DNA of 64,000 bases from a virus. The position numbers and the translations under genes are program-made. Below are positions 49,828-59,133 of this stretch, piece after piece (positions within the stretch are counted from its first letter, which is position 1; every line of letters begins with the position of its first letter). The notes below the pieces were generated by a model. That model saw only the letters and a list, made by a program, of their open reading frames with translations. It made no database searches and had not been told where the DNA came from. The stretch is taken from positions 96,001 through 160,000 of IMG/VR virus record IMGVR_UViG_3300047562_003246; one strand, 5' to 3'.

Positions 49828-50874
49828 ATGTTTGTTCCGGTAACCGTTCGAAGGTTTGTAGGCCCTAAATCGGCGGATGCGTTATCGGAACATTTAGCTA
49901 AGCAAAAGCAAAATACCAAGCTGGTTAAGATCATTAACCCAGCGATGATCAGACTAGCCAGCAACGGTAAGATAGCTGGCAAATTTCAGCTGACCACAGC
50001 AGCGGCTCGGGAGTTTGGTTCCCGTATCGCTCAGCATTTCGGATCGTCTCTAATCGATCTGTCGCAGTACGCCGTGAACGAAGCTTCTACGCAGAAAATT
50101 GTCGAGGCAGTCAATGATTTCTCTTCTTTGGCCTATTCAAAGTTTGAGGATTGGAAGCTGGTTATCGATGTTGAAGAGAAGCTAGTTGTCGGTTTGGTCG
50201 GTCCAAGGTATCGTGTGACTACGAACTTCGATTTCTGGTCAGGTATTCGTCGGACGTGTTTGCAACAGGCAGATATCCCTCGCTTGTTTACCGCTACGCT
50301 GAGTAATCGCAATTTGGACATAGTCATGGCAGGTAAGGACCACGTCTCTGCCGGATCGTCTATCTTTGTGCGAGGTATTTTGGCTCAGAACGCGGAAACG
50401 TCAGGAAGAGCTGTTCGAGCGTCCAACGTGTTGATTGCATGGGAGTCGGGAGAGTCGGGCCATGGAGAGTGGGCTTGCGACAATTTTTATACGGACACTA
50501 GAATTCCACACCTTAAAGGGAGGCGATTTGACTCGCGGATGACGAAAATATACGATCGTCTGCGAGCCAGAAGAATCAGCGATGCAACGATTAAAAAGGC
50601 ATGGGAAAGCGCGGCCAAAACTAGGCTGTTCGACACCTCCTTTTCAGCTGAAAAGCTAGTTGATAAGCTGACTGAATTGCTGCAGGCAAAGGGTCTGAGT
50701 AAGAAAGACGCCAAGTATGCTGCAAGCGGTACAGTGTTTCAAAGTCAACGACCTACTGTCGTTGATTTGTTCCGTGCCCTGAGTCGACAAGCAAAGGGTA
50801 GAAATGACGTAAACGCGATTAAATGTCGACAAGTCGCGTACAGTTTGTGTTTCATTAAAAAGGATTCACGGTAA
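49828..50874 (+). CDS. DUF932-like protein
   Basis: VGPRYRVTTNFDF and GILAQNAETSGRAVRAS..AC pattern. Confidence 0.45.
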   Translation: MFVPVTVRRFVGPKSADALSEHLAKQKQNTKLVKIINPAMIRLASNGKIAGKFQLTTAAAREFGSRIAQHFGSSLIDLSQYAVNEASTQKIVEAVNDFSSLAYSKFEDWKLVIDVEEKLVVGLVGPRYRVTTNFDFWSGIRRTCLQQADIPRLFTATLSNRNLDIVMAGKDHVSAGSSIFVRGILAQNAETSGRAVRASNVLIAWESGESGHGEWACDNFYTDTRIPHLKGRRFDSRMTKIYDRLRARRISDATIKKAWESAAKTRLFDTSFSAEKLVDKLTELLQAKGLSKKDAKYAASGTVFQSQRPTVVDLFRALSRQAKGRNDVNAIKCRQVAYSLCFIKKDSR

Positions 50875-52151
50875 TGACAAAGAAAGCTTCCAGTAAGAAA
50901 ACTACTGGGAAATCCAACGTTCCAAAAAAGACCGGTAAGACGGTGACGAAAGCCGCTGTCGATAAACCAGCAAAGACAACGAAGACCACGAAAGCAGTCA
51001 AGGCTGCTAAGTCCGAAAAGTCGGCTAAAGCAGGGAAAGAAACGACTAAGGCCGTTTCTCGTCGCAAGGTTAACAATCCCGAAGCATCTGAGAAGAAAGC
51101 AGATAAGTCGAAGAACAACGCTGCTCTATCGAAGATGCCGGGAACCGTTCGCAGCGTCATGACGACGATCGATACGTTTAACTCCGAGCAAAAGAAGTAC
51201 TACGAAACGATTCGTGATTTGTACTCGGAGTTCAGTCGCAAGAGTATTCTGATCGCTTATCAAATTGGTGAAAAGCTTTTGGAATGTCAGCGGAAATTCC
51301 CAAAGACAGACATCGCTGCGGCGATCTGTTCGGCGGCGAATATTAGCGACGCGCAGGGTCGGTACTTCCGTAAGTTTTCTGAGCGTCTGACCTTAAAAGA
51401 GGTCGAGATGTATGCGGAGCTGGAAAACCAGTACACTAAGTGGAAGATTCCAATCGACACTTTGTACAAGTTGACCCAGCGAGTTGAGAGTGCTACTCGT
51501 CGTAAGGCAATCGTCAAGATCGTCGTGGCGGAGCAGCTTGGCTGGAAGAGTCTGGAAAAAGACAGTGCTCGTTTTCCTGAGTTGGCTGCGACAGGCGAGG
51601 ACGGTGACGATGAAGCAGCACCAGAATTGCTGACAGTCGATGCAGCTAAGAAAAAGTTGATCGACACAATGAAGAAAGAGACAGCAGCTGTTAAGAAGCT
51701 GGTTAATGTCTTGCTTCAGATGAATGTCGAAGAAGAACTAGATACTGCCGTACAGTATCTGAAGGAAATTCGCCATGAAATGCAGCTTGGCGAGGTGCTT
51801 CGTCAAGGATTATTAATGTCTCTCAATAAGCTTACCGAAGCTATTGAAGAACAAGATAATGAAACTCTTATTTCGACGATGGTTCATCTTAAGGAGATTA
51901 TCGAAAAAGCTGAGGAAGCCGGAGACGAGGCAGAGGAATACGACGAGGACGAAGACGAAGAGTCAGACGACACTACCGAGGATGATAGTGATGACTCCGA
52001 CGACGATGACGACGACGATGATGATGACGAGTCAGATACTGATGAGTCAGACGATGATGAGGATTATGACGACGACGAGGAGTATGACGACGACGAGGAG
52101 TATGACGACGACGAAGAGTATGACGATGATGATGAAGAGGACGAAGACTGA
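50874..52151 (+). CDS. putative nucleoid-associated protein: histone-H1-like basic N-terminus, DUF3102-like core, acidic tail
   Basis: About 85 aa K/T/A-rich N-terminus; IAYQIGEKLLECQRKF..AQGRYFR core; about 75 aa D/E tail. Confidence 0.5.
   Translation: MTKKASSKKTTGKSNVPKKTGKTVTKAAVDKPAKTTKTTKAVKAAKSEKSAKAGKETTKAVSRRKVNNPEASEKKADKSKNNAALSKMPGTVRSVMTTIDTFNSEQKKYYETIRDLYSEFSRKSILIAYQIGEKLLECQRKFPKTDIAAAICSAANISDAQGRYFRKFSERLTLKEVEMYAELENQYTKWKIPIDTLYKLTQRVESATRRKAIVKIVVAEQLGWKSLEKDSARFPELAATGEDGDDEAAPELLTVDAAKKKLIDTMKKETAAVKKLVNVLLQMNVEEELDTAVQYLKEIRHEMQLGEVLRQGLLMSLNKLTEAIEEQDNETLISTMVHLKEIIEKAEEAGDEAEEYDEDEDEESDDTTEDDSDDSDDDDDDDDDDESDTDESDDDEDYDDDEEYDDDEEYDDDEEYDDDDEEDED
52065..52118 (+). 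repeat. three tandem 18-bp repeats TATGACGACGACGAGGAG (YDDDEE)
   Basis: Read directly; the third copy has one mismatch. Confidence 0.9.
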
Positions 52152-52156
52152 TCCTT

Positions 52157-52501
52157 ATGCAGGTCATCTTTAGTCATCACGACTTGGGAGGTATGGCGGA
52201 TATTAACGTAATCATCGTTGATACTCTTAACCGTACCTCCCAAGATCTTAAAATACTCAACAAGTTTGCAGTTGGTGACGGATTCGATAAACCAACGTTT
52301 AACACGGGATTAGGCGGTGCAAAGATTGCTGTCCCTGTGTTCAAACTCAACGGCAATAACGCTGTTAGTTTCGGTTTCTATTTAGCTTTGTGCATGATCG
52401 AGGTTAGGAATCAAAATCCTAATATCAATACGTGCGAAGTGTTTCTAGTCAAATCAGACGATGACGAGTTATCTTATGGAGCAATCTACTACGCCAAATA
52501 A
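52157..52501 (+). CDS. hypothetical protein
   Basis: 114 aa ORF. Confidence 0.55.
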   Translation: MQVIFSHHDLGGMADINVIIVDTLNRTSQDLKILNKFAVGDGFDKPTFNTGLGGAKIAVPVFKLNGNNAVSFGFYLALCMIEVRNQNPNINTCEVFLVKSDDDELSYGAIYYAK

Positions 52502-52934
52502 TACAGAAGCAGGGCTGGTAGTCGCTAGCAAGCCGAAGACAGATCCTCGATTTATCGATCTGGCTAAGAACGGTTTGAAAGTTAAACGAGTAAAGAAAGA
52601 TTTATATCTTGAGTTGTTCAGTAATGCACAGTTTGTAGGTTCTATTAGCGTAGGATCTTACAAAAACGTTGCAGAAGCTAGAGCAGCAGAGTGCTTAGCA
52701 GAACTAATCATCGCTACGATGATGGCGGCTATTCCTATTGATAGCATGCAGGAAGCTTTTGATAACATCAGAAATGGACTACAAGCTGCCAACATCGGTG
52801 TTCCTGTAGGTAACGAGCCCAGGACATTCAATCAGGATATTGATCCGACTTATTCGTTTTCTTACTACGATCAGCAGAAGGATGCCATCATCGCCGGTGA
52901 GGTAAACCTTTTCGCTGAAATTCACAGGGCTTAG
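52461..52934 (+). CDS. hypothetical protein
   Basis: 157 aa ORF. Confidence 0.55.
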   Translation: MTSYLMEQSTTPNNTEAGLVVASKPKTDPRFIDLAKNGLKVKRVKKDLYLELFSNAQFVGSISVGSYKNVAEARAAECLAELIIATMMAAIPIDSMQEAFDNIRNGLQAANIGVPVGNEPRTFNQDIDPTYSFSYYDQQKDAIIAGEVNLFAEIHRA

Positions 52935-52940
52935 TAACCC

Positions 52941-53720
52941 ATGAGGTTACAACAAAATCCAGACGTGCCACCTAGAAATCTTGCTCTAGGTGACACGCTG
53001 GAAATTGGTATGCATGTGCTGCTTGAATTAGAACAAGCAGGCATGTCAGACACGTCTAGTAGAAACTTTAGGGTAACGAAGCGACTGATCGATAATGTTA
53101 CTGCACTACTTAATGCGGAAAGAAGTGTAGTTAAGCTATATCTGATCAATCTTAAGAGTGTAGATGTTAGAGCGAGAGGTCCGTTAATTCGTACCGCAAT
53201 TCGTATTGCTGCACTGAAAGATTCGTTTCATAAAGGTTTGTGTCCTCCTGTATCGCCAGCGTCTAGCGTGCCCAATCATTGGGCTGGAGCCTACATAGCA
53301 GAGATACGCCCGTTTTTTGACAATGAAAGAAAAAAGAGAAAGGTAGAGATAACTTTTATTGTTGCTACAGGTCCAGCAACTGGACTTGCTGTATCTACGA
53401 TTTTTTCTGCTGGGTTCGTATTCGTAATGCGTGACGCGATAGGTGCCGTAATATCTGGTATCAAAAGGGGCGCAGACAATACAGAAAACATTAATTTGTT
53501 TGCTAACCTGAACTTTTGCAAGGTAGCAATTTTTATACAAATGCGTAATGATCTTGTTGCGTACAAAGTTTCTGCTACAACGTCTATGAAAACGTACAAC
53601 CGCAAGCTGGTACGTTCTAGGTTGCGGTGTTTGGTGGCTTGTCCATTCAAGGCTGAATTCGATTGCATTGAATGTTCTGCCACTATTTTGGAATGTAATA
53701 AATCTATTCATTTAGGGTGA
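52941..53720 (+). CDS. hypothetical protein
   Basis: 259 aa ORF with C-terminal Cys cluster (CLVAC..CIEC..C). Confidence 0.6.
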   Translation: MRLQQNPDVPPRNLALGDTLEIGMHVLLELEQAGMSDTSSRNFRVTKRLIDNVTALLNAERSVVKLYLINLKSVDVRARGPLIRTAIRIAALKDSFHKGLCPPVSPASSVPNHWAGAYIAEIRPFFDNERKKRKVEITFIVATGPATGLAVSTIFSAGFVFVMRDAIGAVISGIKRGADNTENINLFANLNFCKVAIFIQMRNDLVAYKVSATTSMKTYNRKLVRSRLRCLVACPFKAEFDCIECSATILECNKSIHLG

Positions 53721-53724
53721 CGAT

Positions 53725-54939
53725 ATGACAATGGTGACTTGTGTCCCGACCGAAGACTTTTTGAACATCATGCATCCGCAAACCGGAAACGGTTATTGGC
53801 TTATTCCGACTGTGCCCTGGCCGGATGCGGAGAAAATAACTCAATTGTTGTTTTCGTTAGCAGCAACATACGAGCGAACAACCGAACTTGAGAATAACCA
53901 AGAACTGCTACAGGTTATTCCGTATATTGCAATACAGACAGCCGATGACAAATTCCTGTACTATTACAGGAAAGGACAAGAGGGCCGTTTGCACGGCTCT
54001 TCGAGTATTGGTTTTGGCGGTCATGCTTTGCTAGATCTAACCAGCGAAAAAGATTTTGACGATTCTATATTGAGGGAGATGAAACGAGAAATCGAAGAAG
54101 AAGTAAGCAAGGAAATTGCGGATGAAGTTATTCAAAACGCTAACCTTGTCGCGGTTCTTTACAACCAAGAAAACGAAGTATCCCGAGTGCATTTAGGTCT
54201 GGCTTATGCATCTAAGCTAAATAAGACGGCTGACCAGTTAAAGGAGCTAGCGTCGATTGAATGCGGAAAGATTCATACAGGTACTGCTAAAGATATAGCG
54301 GCGACTGAAATGGAGCTTTGGACCGCGAGCTTGCTGGACGCAATACTATACAGAGAGCAGATCGACATCGTCATTAAATCTACCGGGCAAACTTTCACAG
54401 GCTTGCGTCGACCTAACACTGATGATGCATTTTTGTGTCCAGAGCGGGATATGGCAGCGCAAGCGTTCAGTATTCTTGATGACGTTATGATGGCGCACGA
54501 CCATAGAATGTGGCTGCAACTGTGGGATGCTTTGAGGCTAGCAGAATTGGATCCCGAGTGTATGGGAGACGCAGTTAGATGCGTATCTAAACTGCTTTCT
54601 CTAGCCGAGCAGCCAGAAGACAGCGAAACAGCTACGTATCTCGGTGCCTTAAAAGCTAGCGGGTTTTTCTCCTTACCGCATGAGCTTAGAGGGTATTTTT
54701 GTGCAATGCTGGGACTGAGTATCTTGTCACACATGTGGCTATCTGTTAGACAGTACAGTTATGCGTCTCACGATGTAGCTGAGCAGTACGCAAAAATGAA
54801 CGATAAAGCAGGGGATGCTTTACGTAGGCTACTAGGAAAAGAAGATGAAAAAACTTTTGTTGCCAACAATATCCTGCGATACGTCCGCGAAGGAAAAATT
54901 AGCAAAGCAGAGCTTATGCGTTTGGTTGAAGAAGCCTGA
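53725..54939 (+). CDS. NUDIX-family phosphoesterase domain fused to an unknown C-terminal domain
   Basis: LQVIPY..EGRLHG..SIGFGGH..REMKREIEEEV..VSRVHLG matches the COG4112-type NUDIX pattern. Confidence 0.7.
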   Translation: MTMVTCVPTEDFLNIMHPQTGNGYWLIPTVPWPDAEKITQLLFSLAATYERTTELENNQELLQVIPYIAIQTADDKFLYYYRKGQEGRLHGSSSIGFGGHALLDLTSEKDFDDSILREMKREIEEEVSKEIADEVIQNANLVAVLYNQENEVSRVHLGLAYASKLNKTADQLKELASIECGKIHTGTAKDIAATEMELWTASLLDAILYREQIDIVIKSTGQTFTGLRRPNTDDAFLCPERDMAAQAFSILDDVMMAHDHRMWLQLWDALRLAELDPECMGDAVRCVSKLLSLAEQPEDSETATYLGALKASGFFSLPHELRGYFCAMLGLSILSHMWLSVRQYSYASHDVAEQYAKMNDKAGDALRRLLGKEDEKTFVANNILRYVREGKISKAELMRLVEEA

Positions 54940-55594
54940 AGTATCCGCTGATTTTAAAAACGCACTAATACTTGCAGTCGATCCAGGTATAGATGGTTGG
55001 ATCGCATGTGTTACAGAACAGGGCGTACACGGTGTGCGCCCTGTTCCTATTTTTAAGATAGAGAAACTTGTAAGGAAAAAACTAAGTAAGAAAGAAGCAG
55101 CGATACAGAAAAAGAAAACTGGACTGAAAACTATTTCAGATAATTACTTGAGCTATCCGAAAATTGCCAGTTTTATAAGGCAGTTAAAGAAAAGAGCGAT
55201 CGAAGCCGGTTACTCTAGTTTAATTATTGTGCATGAAAATACTAACGTGATGCCGAGACAGCACGTTGTTAGTACAGTTAAGCAACACGTAGCCATAGCA
55301 GTCTGGCCGATCACGGCGGCATGTTTAAAAGTAGATTGCTACGAAGTCATGTCTTCGCAATGGAAACAAGCGTTAAATATATCGCTTGCTCCATCGGAGA
55401 AAAAAGTTAACGGCAAAAAATTAAATGCCAAACAACAGAAAGCGATTCTTAAAGACAAGTCAGTCAAGTTGTGTCAAGAGTTATGTCCTAAGTTAAAGTT
55501 GACTGGAAGTAATCGCGCAAACGCAGTACCGGTTCACGATTTGGCTGAAGCGGTTTTGATTGGTTACTATTTTTTAAACACACTGGGGAAATGA
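54845..55594 (+). CDS. ruvC: RuvC-like Holliday junction resolvase
   Basis: ILAVDPG, IVHE, SQWKQAL and HDLAEAVLIG motifs; true start is probably downstream of 54845. Confidence 0.75.
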   Translation: MKKLLLPTISCDTSAKEKLAKQSLCVWLKKPEVSADFKNALILAVDPGIDGWIACVTEQGVHGVRPVPIFKIEKLVRKKLSKKEAAIQKKKTGLKTISDNYLSYPKIASFIRQLKKRAIEAGYSSLIIVHENTNVMPRQHVVSTVKQHVAIAVWPITAACLKVDCYEVMSSQWKQALNISLAPSEKKVNGKKLNAKQQKAILKDKSVKLCQELCPKLKLTGSNRANAVPVHDLAEAVLIGYYFLNTLGK

Positions 55595-56487
55595 TGGAAA
55601 GTCAAAAGAAAAGAAAAACCTTGCAGCAGTTGGTAGATAAGAAGACAGCGGTGCGGAGAAAAAAGAAAAAGAAGTTGCGTGACACAACTAAGGTAGCGAG
55701 TGTAAAGTCAACGCAGAAGCCGTGGCCGCAAACAATTCAGACGTTTGATACGAAGACCGGAAAGGTGTTTAGCTTCAACAATCATATTGCCAAGGAAGGC
55801 AGTATGCTCGTTCGAGATAAGGCGAAAGCGGCAAATACAGGTCGTATGATTACTGACCTAGACTTGTTCGTTACCGCGTCCTACGAACTGAACGAGAACG
55901 TCAAGCTTGACGGCTTTGTTCCATTGTCTAAGAAAGTACCAAACGTGGAGTTTGTTCAATCAAACTTTGGTGACTTTCCATTGTTGGCTAATCCAGTGGT
56001 ATTGTTTGTGCGTATGTGCGAGCCTGGAGAATATCCAGTGTACGCGCACTTCGACTCCGTGAGCAAGAAGAACATTTATGAAGACTTGCTGGAGTTGGTA
56101 AACGCTTACTTGGACTTGCAGTACACAAGTTTTCACTCGATGTTCCGTTGTGCGTGGTATGGTCGACATGCTTCTTACAATCGTCATCAATTGCGATTGG
56201 CGGCTCACGATCAATCGATCGACATCATCAACATGATGCGTAAGTTAAGTTACAAGCAGGATGCCTACGAGCTGGACAAAGCTATCAACACAACTGGACT
56301 CAGTGACGTTGACGTGGCGGCAGCTACCTCGTACCTGTCCGGTGTTTTGGCCAATTTTCCTGATCGCTATGTTGGTGTGGAGATGTTGCAGTCAGTAAAA
56401 GCACCAAAAGAACTTGTCGATCTGGAGATGGCGGCACAAGTTATGATGGCTTTGGGCGCTTACGAGTCAACGAGCTTCACAGGGTAG
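55591..56487 (+). CDS. hypothetical protein
   Basis: 298 aa ORF with basic N-terminus. Confidence 0.6.
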   Translation: MMESQKKRKTLQQLVDKKTAVRRKKKKKLRDTTKVASVKSTQKPWPQTIQTFDTKTGKVFSFNNHIAKEGSMLVRDKAKAANTGRMITDLDLFVTASYELNENVKLDGFVPLSKKVPNVEFVQSNFGDFPLLANPVVLFVRMCEPGEYPVYAHFDSVSKKNIYEDLLELVNAYLDLQYTSFHSMFRCAWYGRHASYNRHQLRLAAHDQSIDIINMMRKLSYKQDAYELDKAINTTGLSDVDVAAATSYLSGVLANFPDRYVGVEMLQSVKAPKELVDLEMAAQVMMALGAYESTSFTG

Positions 56488-56489
56488 GG

Positions 56490-57218
56490 GTGATGGGTAT
56501 CAAAGGTACGCGGGTTATTAACCCAGGAGTGACTAGACAAGATTTTGAACTTAAAGGAAAGCTTGTTCTAGAGCCTGCAAAAAAATTAGCTCGCGTACCT
56601 TTGAGCCTTTTGGAGAAGCAGCACGGATTTGCGTTCGTGCTACCTCATCTACTTTACGATGAAGGAATCCATATTGACCCTGTCTCTGTGTTTCTATCGC
56701 AGAACAGGGTTGAGCTGCCTTGCTTGTATTGGGATGCTGATTATCCGTTAGTCACAGGGTTGAGACGTGATAATGTCAAAGCGATGTGCACTAGGATTTA
56801 TGCACTACATTTTCAAGACATGCTTGAAATACTGAACTGCGCTCAATCGAATGTGTTTTTTAACCCGATAACCAAAGCGGTGTCTAGGCTTGTATACACG
56901 AAGAAGCAATTACTAGACTTCAACGCGGTGAAATTAACTTCGCCAAAAAGTTTGGCTATTTCGGTTACGACGTGGAACGTACAGTATCCTTCTAATTTGG
57001 TTGAATTGATCGCAAACGAATCAGCACATGGAATAACGAAGTCGCTTAAGGTACTTCGCAAAAATACTAATGCGACGAATTTGAATTCTATTTTGAAGGT
57101 TTTTGAAGATGGGGAAAAAGACGCGACACAGCTCGTATCCAAAATTGACCAGGAAACAGAGCGATTCGACAGAACAGAATGCGAGCAAAACTATTTGGGT
57201 CAAGGCTCCGATCGTTGA
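56490..57218 (+). CDS. hypothetical protein
   Basis: 242 aa ORF; only a weak ParB-like LVTGLRR segment. Confidence 0.55.
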   Translation: MMGIKGTRVINPGVTRQDFELKGKLVLEPAKKLARVPLSLLEKQHGFAFVLPHLLYDEGIHIDPVSVFLSQNRVELPCLYWDADYPLVTGLRRDNVKAMCTRIYALHFQDMLEILNCAQSNVFFNPITKAVSRLVYTKKQLLDFNAVKLTSPKSLAISVTTWNVQYPSNLVELIANESAHGITKSLKVLRKNTNATNLNSILKVFEDGEKDATQLVSKIDQETERFDRTECEQNYLGQGSDR

Positions 57219-57537
57219 GACGATGATGATCGAAGCAAATTGGCAAACTGAACAAGGTCGCCAATATTACTGCCAAACGGTTCGCTCGTTTATGCTCAAT
57301 GTTCTTAAAAATGTTTTGCCATCTTCAGGTTATATCGATCAGGTCAGCACACCGAAGCAAGAAGTTCTTTATGTCGATCAGACAACTAAGAATATTTACT
57401 GTATGGTGACATTCACAGCCATCGTCTGCTTTCCAAAAACACTCCACAATATGCCTGAGGATTTAGAAGATGCCATCCGAGAAGCCAGCAACGAAGCGGC
57501 GAGCATTGACATCCAAGCAGACTTCCTCAAAGACTAG
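57103..57537 (+). CDS. hypothetical protein
   Basis: 144 aa ORF; start is probably the MMIEANW codons after the upstream stop. Confidence 0.5.
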   Translation: MKMGKKTRHSSYPKLTRKQSDSTEQNASKTIWVKAPIVETMMIEANWQTEQGRQYYCQTVRSFMLNVLKNVLPSSGYIDQVSTPKQEVLYVDQTTKNIYCMVTFTAIVCFPKTLHNMPEDLEDAIREASNEAASIDIQADFLKD

Positions 57538-57937
57538 GCCGACAAAGAAAAGAAAAGTACAGAAAGCAACCAAGCACAATTATTTTCTAGTGATGACAGT
57601 TGCGGGCGACTTCGTCACTATGTCGGCTAGCAGCCTAACTGAAATAGTTGCTCATATTTCAGAGCAGATGAAAAAGAACTACATGTTACCTATTCGTGTC
57701 CTCGTTTTTAAAGGAGACAAACTTAAATGTTTGACGGGCGGAACTAAGCTGAATCCGATTGTAGTTGTGCAGGATGCTGCAACTGGCGAAAGTATTTCTA
57801 CTTTAGATGCTGTGAAAAACAATCTAGTAGAAACCGAAGATGGGTTGTTGTTTACTTATGACGAGAAAGTAGCGACACAAGATAGTCAAAAAGATGACGG
57901 TGCTTCGGCATTCGAAGACTTCTTTGGTGGTGCTTAA
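57470..57937 (+). CDS. hypothetical protein
   Basis: 155 aa ORF. Confidence 0.55.
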   Translation: MPSEKPATKRRALTSKQTSSKTRPTKKRKVQKATKHNYFLVMTVAGDFVTMSASSLTEIVAHISEQMKKNYMLPIRVLVFKGDKLKCLTGGTKLNPIVVVQDAATGESISTLDAVKNNLVETEDGLLFTYDEKVATQDSQKDDGASAFEDFFGGA

Positions 57938-57946
57938 TTTAGGTCG

Positions 57947-57961
57947 ATTTTGCGCCATATA
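57947..57961. promoter_or_regulatory. intergenic 15-mer ATTTTGCGCCATATA (copy 2)
   Basis: Identical to 24377..24391. Confidence 0.5.
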
Positions 57962-57976
57962 CTATTGCGTATACGT

Positions 57977-57998
57977 AGCACCGAAAGGTGCTTTTTTT
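57977..57998 (+). terminator. rho-independent terminator
   Basis: AGCACC-gaaa-GGTGCT followed by a T run. Confidence 0.8.
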
Positions 57999-58026
57999 AT
58001 TTTGTTTACACGTAGGATTGAGTTTC

Positions 58027-59028
58027 ATGGAAAGCCAAAATTTGTACGGCACTGTAGTTGACGTTTTAGGTAAACACTTTTCGTTTGCAACGCTGCAAGT
58101 GAAGGAGAACAAGTTCGTCAATGTTGACGAGGCAGAATTCTCGGTGGTTGGTATAAACCACCAAGATAAGATAGTCGTCAAGCGAGGAGACCTGTACTTG
58201 ACAGAGGAGGGTACGCTGGCGTTTGATGAAACTGCCAGGGATCAACTGCCTGTCAAGGCGAGATCTAGACAACAGATCCAGGTCGTAACCGCAAGACCTG
58301 GGCAGAAATTATGGTCGCCAAGAGGCGGCACGTTGAAGATCAAGTCTCTAGACGGAGTTGTCAGTATATGTATTGGCAAGTTCAGGATTGGAGACTCTAC
58401 TTATGACGACGTGATCGCGTCGTTCAAAGAATCTGATATTCAAAAAATGAATCTAGTCAAATTCCGGTACACCGGATTTGACCAGGAATTCGGAGAAGTG
58501 TCTGAAGGTTCGATACTGCTTCAATTCAAAGACGCAGTTGAATTCAAGCTGGCGGACAGGGACGCCAAAGGCTATCCAGTAGTACAAGATGCTTCTGGGA
58601 TCGGCGACGATCCGGAGAAACATCAGTCTGTGTTACGTGAAATCCTTGCGTGCGCCGAGTTGGCAGTAGCTCCCACCGGAGCATCTGCCGCAATAAAAGT
58701 ATACGCCAAGGTTGATTCCGCAAAAGTGGAAGACTGGGCCAGGGATGCTTCGGAAGAAGCAATGGCACTCATGGAACAAGAACAAGTTGTTCTTGAGGAT
58801 ATGAATATATTGATACCACTGGACTATGTTAAACCACAGATCGCCAATAGCGTCGAGTGGTTCTTGGATTGCAGGGAATATGCAGTTCACGAAGGTCGAT
58901 TTGTTCTTCCAGCCCGTCAAACGCAGATGGGCAGATTAGACCTGGGAGCATTCCAGGTCTACATGGGTAGACAATTAAAAAAGAACAAATCAGCAGTTCG
59001 ACATGGAAGTCGAGTCGAGATCAGCTGA
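58027..59028 (+). CDS. hypothetical protein
   Basis: ORF 57988..59028; the ATG at 58027 lies downstream of the terminator. Confidence 0.65.
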   Translation: MESQNLYGTVVDVLGKHFSFATLQVKENKFVNVDEAEFSVVGINHQDKIVVKRGDLYLTEEGTLAFDETARDQLPVKARSRQQIQVVTARPGQKLWSPRGGTLKIKSLDGVVSICIGKFRIGDSTYDDVIASFKESDIQKMNLVKFRYTGFDQEFGEVSEGSILLQFKDAVEFKLADRDAKGYPVVQDASGIGDDPEKHQSVLREILACAELAVAPTGASAAIKVYAKVDSAKVEDWARDASEEAMALMEQEQVVLEDMNILIPLDYVKPQIANSVEWFLDCREYAVHEGRFVLPARQTQMGRLDLGAFQVYMGRQLKKNKSAVRHGSRVEIS

Positions 59029-59045
59029 GTTAGCTTCGATAGATT

Positions 59046-59116
59046 GCACAACCTAGTAGAAATTATTCTCTAGGTTGTGTAGGATAGCTGCCTGTGTTTA
59101 CACGGGCAGCTTTTTT
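59046..59116 (+). terminator. tandem hairpins; the second is an intrinsic terminator
   Basis: GCACAACCTAG..CTAGGTTGTGT (59046-59080), then AGCTGCCTGTG-ttta-CACGGGCAGCT followed by a T run (59086-59116). Confidence 0.8.
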
Positions 59117-59133
59117 CTTAGCATAGGTGACTT

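Noticed and set aside
56490-57218. ParB-like call for this ORF
   Set aside because: Only a short LVTGLRR resemblance; not enough without a profile search.
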